Numbered from the stretch's first letter, positions 49,686-60,891 are shown. The stretch: 64,000 nucleotides of DNA from Planctomycetota bacterium (GCA_965223265.1 OZ244999.1:6112001-6176000), one strand, 5' to 3'. Notes: generated by a model not told the origin, from the sequence alone. Made by a program: numbers and translations.

Positions 49686-49834
49686 GATTCGGGCTCTGCG
49701 CTCGATTTCTGTTGTCGGCGCGACCAACCCAGAATGCCTGGGCGATTGTCGACGGTCTGAGTGCCGTGACCTCCCACACCGACAATTGAAAGTACGATGC
49801 ACGTCCGCGCGGCGGCAAATCGACGCGTCGTCGA

Positions 49835-50953
49835 TTATCGGCTCCCCAGCAGCTGGCCGATCACCGTGTCAGCGACGCACATCCCGCTCATCGTCAGGCG
49901 AACCCGTTCACCGTCGTCAGTCACAAATCCCATATCGACCAGCCGCTGAAGCGCACCACCGGAAAACGCCTCGAGGTCGACCTCCGCACGACCCACAAAT
50001 TCGGCGTGTGAGAGTCCGTTCACTGTCCGTAATCGGAGCATGATCATCTCGCGCACAAGCTTATCGGTCGTCAATTCCTCCTCGTCGCACGGGACGCCCG
50101 AGCCACCGCGGAGCGACTCGATGTAGGCGGCAAGGTCGGGGAGGTTACGGATTCGACGTCCTCGGTACGTCGAACATGCGGCGGGACCGACACCAATGTA
50201 GTCCTTCTGCAGCCAATACGACTCGTTGTGAATAGAGCGGCGCCCCTCGCGAGCGAAACTCGACACTTCATACTGCTCGAAGTCGTTGGCGCGAAGAAAC
50301 TCGACGCACGAAAGAAACATCGTACGCTCGACTTCCTCGTCGATCCGCGATAGCTGCCCCGTGTTGACGGCATTCGTCAAGGGAGTTCCAGACTCGTAGA
50401 TGAGCGAGTAGATCGACAGGTGATCTGGACGGAGGGTTGTTGCTCGCTCGAGATCGCGCTTCCAGGCGCTCAGAGTTTGTCCCGGATGCGCGAAAATAAG
50501 ATCGAAGCTCACGTTGCTAACACGTTCACGAATGAGCTGGAAGGCCGTGGGAATGTCGCGGGCCCGATGGCGACGCCCCATCAGTTCCAACGCACGATCA
50601 TCAAACGATTGAGCCCCAAAGCTGACGCGCTGGACGCCGGCGGCCGCCAGGGCGTCGATCTTTTCTGCGGTCGCTGACTTCGGGTTCACCTCGAAGGTGT
50701 ACTCGACGGCCCGAGAAGAGAATCGCGCGAGCAGTCCGAGAAGTCTCGACAGCTGTCCTGCTGACAAAGCCGAGGGTGTGCCCCCACCCACATAGACGGT
50801 GTCGGCAACAAAGTCTACCGGTAACTCAGAGAGCTCGATCTCGAGCGCGTCGAGAAACGCCCATGCAACTTCCGATCGATACGATCGCCGATAAAAATCG
50901 CAGTACGTGCACTCGGAGTGGCAAAAGGGGATATGGACGTAGAGTCCTGCCAT
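49835..50953 (-). CDS. hemW: Radical SAM heme chaperone HemW (coproporphyrinogen oxidase-like)
   Basis: LYVHIPFCHSECTYCDF, GGGTPS, YEVSSF, HNESYW. Confidence 0.9.
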   Translation of the reverse strand: MAGLYVHIPFCHSECTYCDFYRRSYRSEVAWAFLDALEIELSELPVDFVADTVYVGGGTPSALSAGQLSRLLGLLARFSSRAVEYTFEVNPKSATAEKIDALAAAGVQRVSFGAQSFDDRALELMGRRHRARDIPTAFQLIRERVSNVSFDLIFAHPGQTLSAWKRDLERATTLRPDHLSIYSLIYESGTPLTNAVNTGQLSRIDEEVERTMFLSCVEFLRANDFEQYEVSSFAREGRRSIHNESYWLQKDYIGVGPAACSTYRGRRIRNLPDLAAYIESLRGGSGVPCDEEELTTDKLVREMIMLRLRTVNGLSHAEFVGRAEVDLEAFSGGALQRLVDMGFVTDDGERVRLTMSGMCVADTVIGQLLGSR

Positions 50954-51103
50954 GAACCAAAACACCGAAGATCGCCCGAGTTCGCGTCGATACTCGAAGG
51001 AGTCGGAAGAAAAAGCGAGACGAGTGTAACCGCACGTGGCGCAGCGTTCCAATAGCGTCTTCACTCGACCGCAAGGAAGCACATCGCTGGCGCCAGCTCA
51101 TGA

Positions 51104-54100
51104 GTGAGTTTCCCCATGCTCAAAGGTGATCTCTCCAGTTTTAGCCTGGGAGAAATCTTTCAGTCTCTCGCGATCAACAACCATACGGGCACGTTGTCTA
51201 TCTCTGCACGGGCGCGCGGTGAGCGTCATGTCTACTTCGTCGATGGAGCGATTCGCTGCGTCTCTCGAGGCAAAGCGGTCGAGCTTGGCATTGGCGAGGT
51301 CTTCGTGAGGATGGGACGCATCACGGTCGAAGATCTCGACGAAGCTCGAGCGACGCAGTCCGTCGGCATGACCCTCCTACGGCGCGGCTTGGTCACGAAG
51401 GAGGATGTAGTCTCTGCCCTAAAACGAAAAATCTGTGAAGAGCTCTATGATCTCTTCCTTTGGGAGGCTGGTCACTTCGAGTTCGCGATGAACAGCTGCC
51501 CTGAGGGTCTGTTTGACGATCTCCAGACGAACGCTCCAATCAACGTCAACACCAACAGCGTCATCATGGAGGGGCTGCGCCGCGTCGACGAATGGGGCAT
51601 CCTACGCACCAAGATTGCGACACTCGACGAAATCTTCGAACGTACGGAAGCGCGTAACACCGGCGACCTGGAAGAACTCGACGCCAACTTTCTCCAGCGC
51701 ATCGATGGCACGACTCCGGTCCAAGAACTCGCAAAGAGTTACTTCGGAACTCGGTTCGAACTTTGCAAATTCCTCTACGACTTGCTCGAAGCAGGAACGA
51801 TCCGACCGATCTCATCGGACGCTTGTATAGAGCGTGCAGAGCGCTTCAAAAACGAGAAGCAACCAGCTGTTGCGATTCACCTCCTCCGGTTCGCTGCGCA
51901 GCAGAACCCGACTGACCCACGGCTGCACGAACGAATTGGCGAGCTGCAGAACGCGTCGTATCAAGAAGAAGGCGCGCGGGCGTCGTTTGTTGAGGCGATT
52001 CGCCTCTACGTAGAAGCCCAAGACTTCGAGTCAGCGGCCGCGACCTCCGACCACTTAATGGGTTCTCTTCACCATCTGAATGAGTCGGAGTTGCAACTCC
52101 TACTCGACGCGAAGATCGGCTCGCACGAGATTCGAAACGCCGTGCAGATCGCAGGTCAGTTGTCGGCGAATCTGAGTCGCTCTGGGGACATCGATGGTGC
52201 GGCGGCAGTCCTAGGCCGGGTCGTCGAACTCGCTCCTGACGACCTGAATCTGCAGATTGAGCTCGGCACGCTGTTTCAGAAAGCCAACGACAAAGATCGA
52301 GCGACAGCGTACTTCGAAAAAGTCGCCACGTCGCTCGCGCGAGAAGAGAGACACCGCGACCTCCTGAAGATCCTCAGGATCCTCGTGAATCTCGACCCGA
52401 AGAGCGTTGACCTCAAACAGAGGCTCGCGTCGACACAGTCGACGATCGAGAAACTGGAGCGACAGCGTCGCCGCCGCATCACGTTCGCGGGCATCGCTGC
52501 GTTTGGCGCGCTCGCGGTCCTGTTGACGCCTGTCATCTACGAAATCAAGGCGCGAGAGCTGTTCAATCGTGCGAATCGCATGGAGCAGGTGTCGATGGTT
52601 TCCATGGACTTCACGGAGGCAAAGTCGGCGTACGAAGAGCTGCTCAGAAGCTTCAGCTTCAGCACGAAGGTTGCTGAAGCTCAGGCAGCTCTGGATCGCA
52701 TCGCAGTTCAAGAGAAAGCTCACTTCTCAGAGATCAGTCGCGCGTCGTCAGAAAACCTGGCGAGTCAAAAACGAGCGATGACACGCCGACGGGACGAACT
52801 GAAAATAGCGCTACTGGAAGCTCACGAGAGCGAGAAGGGCGGAGAAATCGCCAAAGCGCACGATCTCTACAGCAAAATTCGCGTCGAGTTCAAAGACTTG
52901 CCCGAGACGCGAGAAATCCTTCTGCCGGTGGAAATCAAAGCGTTACCGGCAGACGCTGTGCTGGTCCTTCGTGTCAAAGCAAGCGACGAGGAGATCGCTC
53001 AAGGGAAAAAGTATGTCGCGAAACGAATTCACCTGCCTCATGTTTACCACTACGAGATCGGCGAGACTCTCACTTTCGAAATCGAACGACGCGGTTGCAA
53101 GACGCTTTCGCAGGAACTCACTCTGGAGGATCAGTCGGAGCTCTTCTTCGAACTAGATCGCACGCCGACGGCAACCTTCCAGCCTACGGTTGGTACCCAT
53201 CAACGAATTCTTCCAATCGGCAAGCGCATCCTCGTCCCCGCGCGGGACGGATTCCTCTACGCGATAGACGCCACCAAACACGACATCGAATGGAAGCGGC
53301 GCGTGGGTCGATTCGGCGACCGCGCGTCGGACATCGCGGCGTACTCCGTTGAGGTCTACGTCGGCACCCTTACCGGCGAGGTCACTGCGATCTCAACGTT
53401 GAACGGAAAATCTCGATGGCTCCGCAAAGTGGACGGGCCGGTCTACGCGGCACCTGCAGTAGCCCCTAATGGCTCTCTGGTTGCGGTCGTAACTCTGGAG
53501 GGGAGCGTACACGTCATCGATAACCGTGAAGGGGAAGAACTAGCGAAGTTCGAAACGGAGAATAGCAACGTAGCGCGACCCGTGTTCTCCGAGAAGGAGC
53601 TCGTGGTCGCCAGCACAGACAACAACGTCTATGTCTACTCGCTTGCCGACCGAAAGGTCGCGTTCGAGCTCGACCTACACGACGACATTCGGTCCGATCC
53701 TGCCCTGATCGACTCGAGACTTGTGGTAGCAACCAACAGCGGCCGCATCCACGGTATCGATCTCAGACGTCGGACGCTGGTCTGGTCGTTGAATTCAGGG
53801 GAAACCCCGTCCACAGGAATCGTTGCAAGCGGCTCTTCAGTCGCGCACGTTGGGACGGTGTCTGGCAAGCTCATCACCCTGAACATAAAAAATGGCGAAG
53901 TCGAACACGAGCGCATCCTCGGTAGCGAGCCGGTGAGCGGAATTCTTCCTCACAGCGGCACGGTCTACGCCACCACTGCGGCAGGCGCCTTGTTCGCCCT
54001 CCACGGCAAGACCAACGAGACGACCTGGTACTACAACACCGACGCGATGACACTGACAAACCCAACGATCATCGGAAACAACCTTCTGGTCATCAACGCA

Positions 54101-54139
54101 AACGGTCGCATCGTCCAGTTCGAGGTCATAGCCCCATGA
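51104..54139 (+). CDS. DUF4388-like + MshEN-like + TPR + TM + PQQ-type beta-propeller protein
   Basis: LKGDLSSFSLGEIFQSL..TGTL..VYFVDGAI; LFLWEAGHFEF; TPRs; TM; propeller repeats (GFLYAID..EWK). Confidence 0.75.
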   Translation: MSFPMLKGDLSSFSLGEIFQSLAINNHTGTLSISARARGERHVYFVDGAIRCVSRGKAVELGIGEVFVRMGRITVEDLDEARATQSVGMTLLRRGLVTKEDVVSALKRKICEELYDLFLWEAGHFEFAMNSCPEGLFDDLQTNAPINVNTNSVIMEGLRRVDEWGILRTKIATLDEIFERTEARNTGDLEELDANFLQRIDGTTPVQELAKSYFGTRFELCKFLYDLLEAGTIRPISSDACIERAERFKNEKQPAVAIHLLRFAAQQNPTDPRLHERIGELQNASYQEEGARASFVEAIRLYVEAQDFESAAATSDHLMGSLHHLNESELQLLLDAKIGSHEIRNAVQIAGQLSANLSRSGDIDGAAAVLGRVVELAPDDLNLQIELGTLFQKANDKDRATAYFEKVATSLAREERHRDLLKILRILVNLDPKSVDLKQRLASTQSTIEKLERQRRRRITFAGIAAFGALAVLLTPVIYEIKARELFNRANRMEQVSMVSMDFTEAKSAYEELLRSFSFSTKVAEAQAALDRIAVQEKAHFSEISRASSENLASQKRAMTRRRDELKIALLEAHESEKGGEIAKAHDLYSKIRVEFKDLPETREILLPVEIKALPADAVLVLRVKASDEEIAQGKKYVAKRIHLPHVYHYEIGETLTFEIERRGCKTLSQELTLEDQSELFFELDRTPTATFQPTVGTHQRILPIGKRILVPARDGFLYAIDATKHDIEWKRRVGRFGDRASDIAAYSVEVYVGTLTGEVTAISTLNGKSRWLRKVDGPVYAAPAVAPNGSLVAVVTLEGSVHVIDNREGEELAKFETENSNVARPVFSEKELVVASTDNNVYVYSLADRKVAFELDLHDDIRSDPALIDSRLVVATNSGRIHGIDLRRRTLVWSLNSGETPSTGIVASGSSVAHVGTVSGKLITLNIKNGEVEHERILGSEPVSGILPHSGTVYATTAAGALFALHGKTNETTWYYNTDAMTLTNPTIIGNNLLVINANGRIVQFEVIAP

Positions 54140-55230
54140 AGTCGCGATCAATCGACTCACGGCTCCCGCGCGAAGCCTTCACGCAGATGCGACGCTGGAC
54201 TCTGTGCGTCCTGTTAGCCGTCAGCACTTCTGACGGGTTACTCGTCGGAGCAGATCAGCCAGACTACTGGAGCCCGGAAAGGTTGTCGGCAAAACGGCGA
54301 TCACTCCGCGAAGGTCAAGAGATCGCCGTGCTGGGAAAATACAAGGAGCTCGTCGACACGCGGCTCCATCTCTACGACTGCGACGTGTCCTTCCTCGTCG
54401 AAGACGACATGATCTTTCGACAGCTTCTCGGACTTCGCGCCAAGCGGGACAATATCTTGCTTCGCGGTGTCGTCAAGAGCGTCGATGGGGAGACCGTCGT
54501 CGAAGTCCAAAAACTAGAGAAAGCCCCTACCGACCTTGAACTGTTGGCAGCTCAGCTCGATCAATTGGAGGCTGACAACGCCAGCGACAAAGGCGACGCA
54601 GTGTTTGAACTCGCGCTCAAGATGCAGCGTGCAGGGAGCGACCAAAACGAACCAGAACTGCTAACGCTCGCACGTCGAGCGTTCACGCAATCTCTGACCG
54701 CGGAAGTCTCTGCCGACGCGCTCGAGGCTCGACTCCGCCGCGTGCGAAAAATGCACGACCTCGTCCGCGACGATGCCTTCACGCGCGACATCTTGGTCGC
54801 ACTCATGAACGATCGCAGCACCGCGGCGGTGACTGCCGCCCTCCAAGCGATCGAGTGCCGAGAGTACTTGGGTGAATGGGTCACGTATTCGGAATTCAAA
54901 CGCAAGGAAGGGCTCTTCGAGCACGACGGGCGGTGGGTCTCGCGTCACGAGCGGCATCTCCTTGAGACGATTGCCTCGATCCCCAAAGACTCGCTGCTCA
55001 ACGTCCAGCTCGTGAGACGGCGGACGCAAAAGGAATACATCCTGATGGCAGAGAAGGGTAAGACCGAGGTCGGGATGGGGCGCGAGGAAGTCTGCTTAGC
55101 CCTGGGATTCCCGACCTACGTGCTGCGCCGAGCCCACCTCGGAAAAGAGTTTGACCAATGGCGTTACCCGTCGCTCTACTGCTATTTCTTTGACGGCACG
55201 CTGATCCATGTCGCCAGTTCCAAGAAGTAG
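54136..55230 (+). CDS. Hypothetical exported protein
   Basis: Coupled to the upstream gene; C-terminal VGMGREEVCLALGFP..QWRY (SmpA/BamE-like). Confidence 0.6.
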   Translation: MKSRSIDSRLPREAFTQMRRWTLCVLLAVSTSDGLLVGADQPDYWSPERLSAKRRSLREGQEIAVLGKYKELVDTRLHLYDCDVSFLVEDDMIFRQLLGLRAKRDNILLRGVVKSVDGETVVEVQKLEKAPTDLELLAAQLDQLEADNASDKGDAVFELALKMQRAGSDQNEPELLTLARRAFTQSLTAEVSADALEARLRRVRKMHDLVRDDAFTRDILVALMNDRSTAAVTAALQAIECREYLGEWVTYSEFKRKEGLFEHDGRWVSRHERHLLETIASIPKDSLLNVQLVRRRTQKEYILMAEKGKTEVGMGREEVCLALGFPTYVLRRAHLGKEFDQWRYPSLYCYFFDGTLIHVASSKK

Positions 55231-55309
55231 AAACAGTTCGGCGACAAGTCCGAAGAAGACTCTCCCCGGCGGACCGGTTCAACCCGTCCGCTGACTCGAG
55301 AACGCAGGC

Positions 55310-56437
55310 TCAACGCCCGACCGGGTGGTCCAGCCTCGGGTCGCCTCGCGGACGAGTTCGCGGCGGTGGGCCCGCCGCTGGAAGATCCTCCGCCGGGAGA
55401 TCGCGTGCCGAAGAATCCGGCACACGCCCGTCACCCCCGCGCAACTCGTGGTGAGGAGGCGGCGCCTCAGTCGCCGTCGGCGCGACCGCCTCAGCAGCGT
55501 TGGGCACATCCTCTTGGGCAGCGCCGCTCTCGCCGCCAGCCCCCTCTGAGCGCCTCGGCCGCACGTCCGCCGCGCTGACGGACCAACTACCGCTCTCTGG
55601 ACCAACGAACACTTCGTGGCCTCCAGCGCGCGCCTGCAACGTCACCCGACCCTGCTGCACCTTCAGCGCGGTCACCCCTTCAACCTGTGCATCAACGACA
55701 AACCGCGTGCCGACGACGCGCACAATCGCCTCAGGCGTCGACACGATAAACGGCGCTTCCGCGGCACGACCCGGCCGTACACTTGCCGTCAACATCCCCT
55801 CGACGAGCTCACACGAAAAAGCATGCCGGCTGCTCTCGAGACTCAGACGCAGCACTGCCGGCCCCTCGACCTCGATCCGATCGCTCCGCGGACCAAGCGG
55901 TGAGTGCAGGTCCAAATTCAGCGTCGCACCATCCGCCACATCAAATTCTGCCCCAGGCCAACAGTCGCCACGGTCGACAAGCACTCCCTCTCTTCCCGAT
56001 GACTCAGAGGCGTACATCACGACCTCACCCGCGGCGCGGAATTGCCCGAGGTAGTGGCGCGAACCCTGCGTGCTCCATAAGCCATAAAAGAGCGCGCCAG
56101 CAGCACACAAGAAGACTGCAGCCGCCGAAGCGTAACGCCGCCACGAAGGATGTCGAGCCGTCCACGTCCAGAAGCGCTGCCAAGTCGGCGGCCGCTCGAT
56201 CAGCGAAGCCGCCTCCATCTCGCGAACGACACTCTCCGCGAGCCCCTCGTCCGTCGCCACCTCGGACAGCGCAACCCGCAAGAGATTCGCGTCGCGTGCG
56301 TAATCGTAGTAGAGAGCACGGCAGGTCGCACAGCGCGCCAAATGATCGCTCACCTCAGCGACCTCGGCAGCGCCCAGTTCACGATCAACGTAGCGCCAAA
56401 GGCGCGTTTCCATATTGCTGCAGCTCGAATCGATCAC
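55310..56437 (-). CDS. Anti-sigma factor: zf-HC2 + TM + FecR-like domain
   Basis: DHLARCATC; TM; PFIVSTPEAIVRVVGTRFVV..VQQGRV. Confidence 0.85.
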   Translation of the reverse strand: MIDSSCSNMETRLWRYVDRELGAAEVAEVSDHLARCATCRALYYDYARDANLLRVALSEVATDEGLAESVVREMEAASLIERPPTWQRFWTWTARHPSWRRYASAAAVFLCAAGALFYGLWSTQGSRHYLGQFRAAGEVVMYASESSGREGVLVDRGDCWPGAEFDVADGATLNLDLHSPLGPRSDRIEVEGPAVLRLSLESSRHAFSCELVEGMLTASVRPGRAAEAPFIVSTPEAIVRVVGTRFVVDAQVEGVTALKVQQGRVTLQARAGGHEVFVGPESGSWSVSAADVRPRRSEGAGGESGAAQEDVPNAAEAVAPTATEAPPPHHELRGGDGRVPDSSARDLPAEDLPAAGPPPRTRPRGDPRLDHPVGR

Positions 56438-56541
56438 GTCTGCATCCTGCTCAAAGGCCTTCCACGAGTCTGTTCCACGGTGTTTCTGTTCTCTCTTTCG
56501 TGGCGCTTTCTCTCATCGGCATCCCGATCATGACCCAAGTT

Positions 56542-57099
56542 CTACGACTCCTCACGATCGAGTTTGGAGCGCAGTGCCTTGCGCGCACGAAACAGTCGCG
56601 ATTCGACTGCGCTCGTTGTGGTCTCTGTGATCTCCGCGATCTCTTTGTACGAAAGCCCTTCCATGTGCTTAAGAACAAGGACGAGTCGATCCTCCGCGGG
56701 GAGATCGTCCAAACATTCCGCCACCGCTTGGCAATCTTCCCGACGGACCAGCTCGAGCTCCTGCTGAGAGCTGCCGCCAATTGTCGGTGGAGAGCCAACC
56801 TCACGCGGAATGCTTTCGAGGCGTGCGACAACGCGCCGCTTGCGACGCATGTCGAGTGCCGCCGCACGAACGATACCGACGAACCATGACTTGAACTTGC
56901 TGTGATCTTTGAGTGTCGAGAGCGATTTGAACGCTTTGAAAAACGCCTCTTGTACCGCGTCGTCGCGCAGGCCGCGATCGCCCAAGATACCAAAAGCAAT
57001 GGCGCCGGCAAGTCGCGCATAACGGTGAACAAGCTCTTCGAAAACGCTCGTGTCGCCGGACAACACGCGCCCGACACACTCTGCATCATCATGTGCCAT
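56542..57099 (-). CDS. ECF RNA polymerase sigma factor
   Basis: DDAVQEAFFKAF..FKSWFVGIVR; EGLSYKEIAE..VESRLFRAR. Confidence 0.92.
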   Translation of the reverse strand: MAHDDAECVGRVLSGDTSVFEELVHRYARLAGAIAFGILGDRGLRDDAVQEAFFKAFKSLSTLKDHSKFKSWFVGIVRAAALDMRRKRRVVARLESIPREVGSPPTIGGSSQQELELVRREDCQAVAECLDDLPAEDRLVLVLKHMEGLSYKEIAEITETTTSAVESRLFRARKALRSKLDREES

Positions 57100-57344
57100 G
57101 GCGCTGCGTCCGGAAACGGATGAATTCGGCAGATCGTTGCTCCTTCGCAAACTGATTCCGGACAAAGAGAGCAGCGCGCTGCGAAATGCAGCGCCGGAAG
57201 CACGGGTGGCGACGAACTCCACGGAGGGAGGTGGGGCGAAGGCCCTTTTCGCGAGGCCCACCCACCGCGGCGCCCAACTCTCGCAACCATATAAAGAGAC
57301 GCGGCGGCCGCCGAAATCCTGCGCGCGTCGTTCCAGAATCCCTG

Positions 57345-58259
57345 CTACGCCTCTGCCACAATCTGTAAATAACCATCATAACGAGACTTAGAAATCTCTC
57401 CGCGATCAACAGCAGCTAGCACTTGGCACCCCGGCTCCGACACATGAAGGCAGTTTCGAAAGCGGCAAGCGCCGATGAACGGACGAAACTCCGGGAAGAA
57501 CCGGCCGACCTCCGCCGCCTCGACACCAGCGAGAGCGAATTCACGAAAGCCTGGAGTGTCAGCGACAAAGCCAGGAAACGGCATAGGAAAGAGGGTGACC
57601 GCGGTGGTGGTGTGGCGCCCTTTGCCTGTGCGCTGGCTGACGTCTCCTGTGACAAGCTCAAGGTCTGGGCTCAGAGCGTTGAGCAGGGTCGACTTGCCGA
57701 CGCCCGAATGGCCGGTGAGCACGGTGATGCTGTCTCGCAGCCAATCGCGCAGCGCATCCAGCCCCTCCCCGCTCAGAGCGCTGCCGGCGAACGCCGGGTA
57801 GCCCAACTGACGATAAACTTCCAAAAGGCGCTCGAGCTCACGCACCTCTTCGGGGCTCTCGACGAGCCGATCAAGCTTGTTCACAAACACGGCAGGATCC
57901 AGATTCTGGCGATGAGCCGCGACAAAGACTCTGTCGACGAGCGCCCAGCGCGGACTCGGCTCCCTGGCAGAAAGGACGAGAAGAACCTGGTCAATGTTTG
58001 CCGCGATGGCGACGGGTCTACCGCCAGCGGTGCTCCGCGTCAACTCCGTGGTGCGTGGCGACACGGCCTCGACGACCCCCTCTCCGTCTCCCAGCGCGGT
58101 GACCGTGACGAGATCGCCGACAAGGATGGAGGCGCCGCGGCGCCGTTGACGAAACTTCCCACGCAGCGAGCAGCGCAGCCGCCCGGCCGCCGTCTCAACT
58201 TCGAGATGGCGACTCGACTTGCGGACAACCTGCCCCTGCAGCTGCTTCTCAATGCTCAA
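57345..58259 (-). CDS. rsgA: Ribosome small subunit-dependent GTPase A
   Basis: VGDLV, AANID, NKLD, GHSGVGKSTLLN, KGRHTT, DTPGF, CRFRNCLHVSEPGC. Confidence 0.95.
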   Translation of the reverse strand: MSIEKQLQGQVVRKSSRHLEVETAAGRLRCSLRGKFRQRRRGASILVGDLVTVTALGDGEGVVEAVSPRTTELTRSTAGGRPVAIAANIDQVLLVLSAREPSPRWALVDRVFVAAHRQNLDPAVFVNKLDRLVESPEEVRELERLLEVYRQLGYPAFAGSALSGEGLDALRDWLRDSITVLTGHSGVGKSTLLNALSPDLELVTGDVSQRTGKGRHTTTAVTLFPMPFPGFVADTPGFREFALAGVEAAEVGRFFPEFRPFIGACRFRNCLHVSEPGCQVLAAVDRGEISKSRYDGYLQIVAEA

Positions 58260-58539
58260 CGAAGACTCTCGGATGCGGCGTCGGTCAAAAGTAGGGTTCA
58301 CGGCGCAAGCGATCCGCGCCCGCCAACGTCCGAGGTCGGCTCGGCACGCACGCAGCGCGCGGCCCCGCCGGCAAGGAGTTACCGGAAGATTCACACGCAT
58401 TCTGAGAAGAATCGTTCCACCAAGTCAAGCTCGGCGTTGGCGTCGGCGATAAAGATGGCGACGGATTCTCGGAAAGCAGCCCGCAGCTGGTTCCGGCGCG
58501 GACGCCAGTCGACGGCGCTCTGTTCCTACGAGGTGTCAC

Positions 58540-60345
58540 GTGTCGCAGAGAGAGACGACCGGAGAAACAGTGAAACAGGCATGCTCACGACCGCTCACGT
58601 TTGGTGCCCTCGTGCTCACCTTCGTCACCTGCGGCCTCCTCGCCGACGTCGTCCATCTCAAGAATGGCAACCAGATCCAAGGTGAGATTCTCCGGGATGA
58701 CGGCGCCAACATCGTCATTCGATTCCCCGGCGGTACACTGCGGCTACGCCGCCGGGACATTCTCAAGGTCGAACGCCAGCAGCGGTCCGACTATCTCGTC
58801 GAGGAAGGCGAAAAACAGCTCAGGCGCGGCAGCCACGACGCGGCCATCGACAGCTTCGAAGCCGCGCTACGCGAGGACCCTGGCGCACCACGCGTTGCGG
58901 CACTCCTCTATTCAGCGAAAAAGGCCAAGCTGAGCAGTTTGTTTCGCAGCGGGCAGTTCGCGGAGTCGAAGGCGCAGGCGGAACGGCTGCTGCAGGCCAA
59001 CCCAGAGGACGACGAAGTCAAAGACCATGTGCAACTCGTAGAACGCACGCTGAAGGAGGCGTCCGAGGAAGAAGCGCGCGCGCGCGTCGACCTCGGAGCA
59101 GGCGCCTTTGATCAAGCGATTCAGCGACTCCATCACCTCTACGACCGGTTCCCTGATCGACGCGATCGTGTCGGCGAGATGCTCGGAAGGGCTCTCATGG
59201 GAAAGGCTCATCAGCTGTTTCGAGACAAAGAGTGGGATGCCGCAGCGGAGCGCTATTACGCTGCTGTGCGAGCCTCTCCGTCGATGCTCGTTGACGCCCA
59301 AGCCCGGTACGTGATCAGCAGAACGATCACGCTCCGCCACGCCGCTGAAGCCAACGACCTCGAGCGGCTTGAAGATCTCGCGCTCCAGGGACTGGAAATC
59401 GCGCCGGGCGACGATGTCCTGCGTTACTACTACGGCCTCGCCCTTGAAGGAAAGGGCGAGCCAGGGGACGCTGCCGCTGAGTACGCCGCGATCTTGGCGC
59501 GCCCACCGCGACGTGGCGACGACCCCGCGAAGCTCAGAAAACAAGTCGAGGCAAAGCTGGCAGGAAGTCCGAATCGCCGCGACTCGAAACCGTCAACACG
59601 TTCAAGCGCTATCTCGGGGCTCGTCGCCTTCGATTCGCCACGCTTCACAGTGAGCGCGACGACTCCGGCGCTAGCAACGGAACTATCCGCGGCATCGGAA
59701 CAGCACTATCGCACCATCTTTCGGCGTCTTGGCTGCGTTGACCACCCTCGTTCGAGGATCCAAGTGATTGCGTATCGCGACCGACGTCGTTACGCGGCGG
59801 CGACGAGGTACGGTGCTTGGTCAGCCGGCACGCATCAGCTCAAGCGCCACGTTCTGCGAGCTCTCAGCGAGCATCGAATCCTTTGCCATCAGGACCAAGA
59901 CGACCTCCTAACCGGCGTCCTGCCACATGAGATCGCTCACGTCCTCCTCCCCCACCGTCTGAACTACCCGGACGCGATCCCGCTATGGGCAAACGAAGGC
60001 TTCGCGGTTGTCATGCAGCCGACGTTCTATCACTCCCGCTTTCGCCAACTCTTACGCCACCAAATCAAGGCGCAGGGCCTGATCCCCTTTGAGGACCTAT
60101 TGACGAAGTCGACCTATCCTGCACGGTCCCTCAGACTCTTCTATGCGCAGTCGTACTCGCTCGTGGAGTTCTTGATCCGGCTCAAAGGTCTCGATCGCTT
60201 TCTCGAGTTCACGCGCAGCGTCTCCAAGGAAGACGCGACGCTCGAAGAGGCACTCGAAAAGAGCTTTCGCATCGCAGGTATCGCGGCACTTCAGAATCGC
60301 TGGATCGCCTGGTTCGAACACCAGTACGGTCGCGAAGCGCTCTGA
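58540..60345 (+). CDS. TPR + peptidase MA-like metalloprotease
   Basis: DVVHLKNG N-terminus, TPRs, LPHEIAH..WANEGFA..FYAQSYSLVEFL. Confidence 0.8.
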   Translation: MSQRETTGETVKQACSRPLTFGALVLTFVTCGLLADVVHLKNGNQIQGEILRDDGANIVIRFPGGTLRLRRRDILKVERQQRSDYLVEEGEKQLRRGSHDAAIDSFEAALREDPGAPRVAALLYSAKKAKLSSLFRSGQFAESKAQAERLLQANPEDDEVKDHVQLVERTLKEASEEEARARVDLGAGAFDQAIQRLHHLYDRFPDRRDRVGEMLGRALMGKAHQLFRDKEWDAAAERYYAAVRASPSMLVDAQARYVISRTITLRHAAEANDLERLEDLALQGLEIAPGDDVLRYYYGLALEGKGEPGDAAAEYAAILARPPRRGDDPAKLRKQVEAKLAGSPNRRDSKPSTRSSAISGLVAFDSPRFTVSATTPALATELSAASEQHYRTIFRRLGCVDHPRSRIQVIAYRDRRRYAAATRYGAWSAGTHQLKRHVLRALSEHRILCHQDQDDLLTGVLPHEIAHVLLPHRLNYPDAIPLWANEGFAVVMQPTFYHSRFRQLLRHQIKAQGLIPFEDLLTKSTYPARSLRLFYAQSYSLVEFLIRLKGLDRFLEFTRSVSKEDATLEEALEKSFRIAGIAALQNRWIAWFEHQYGREAL

Positions 60346-60433
60346 GTCGTTAGCGCCTCGACCGCACCGAAAAGCGTCAGCGTCTGTATCGCCGTGCGTT
60401 CCGATTGCGACGGCGCGGCGGCTCAGGCGCACC

Positions 60434-60706
60434 CGTGTGCGTGTGCGTGTGCTGAAAGTAGCAGGCACACTCCCGTGTGCCGTCCGGTCTTGTGCGTGTG
60501 CGTGTGCGTGTGCGTGTGCGTGTGCTGAAAGTAGCAGGCACACTCCCGTGTGCCGTCCGGTCTTGTGTGTGAGCGTGAGCGTGTGCGTGTGCGTGTGCGT
60601 GAGCGTGTGCGTGTGCGTGTGCGTGTGCGTGTGCGTGTGCGTGTGGGTCTTCCAAAGTAGCAGGCACACGCCTGTGTGCCGTCCGGACCGTGTGCGTGTA
60701 CGTGCG
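60434..60706 (+). repeat. (GTGTGC)n hexamer tracts interleaved with GTAG-REP-like units
   Basis: AAAGTAGCAGGCACAC(TCCC/GCCT)GTGTGCCGTCCGG with GTAG at 60458, 60531 and 60657; partial copy at 61287. Confidence 0.9.
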
Positions 60707-60891
60707 AGCTATGACACGAGTAACCGTACGGCGGCGGTTAGGTCGATGGTGCGCGGTGCTCGGGACTGGCAAGAGTGCCCTCGCTGCGCTCGGCGCTTCG
60801 CGCTCTTGACAGTCCCTCCGCGCCGCGTTGGGGGGGGTACCGCCGCCCGGATGCGGCGGGCTCTTGATTCACCTTCCTTCGGAGGCCTTCT

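Noticed and set aside
57423-58685. 420-aa plus-strand ORF
   Set aside because: Antisense to rsgA.
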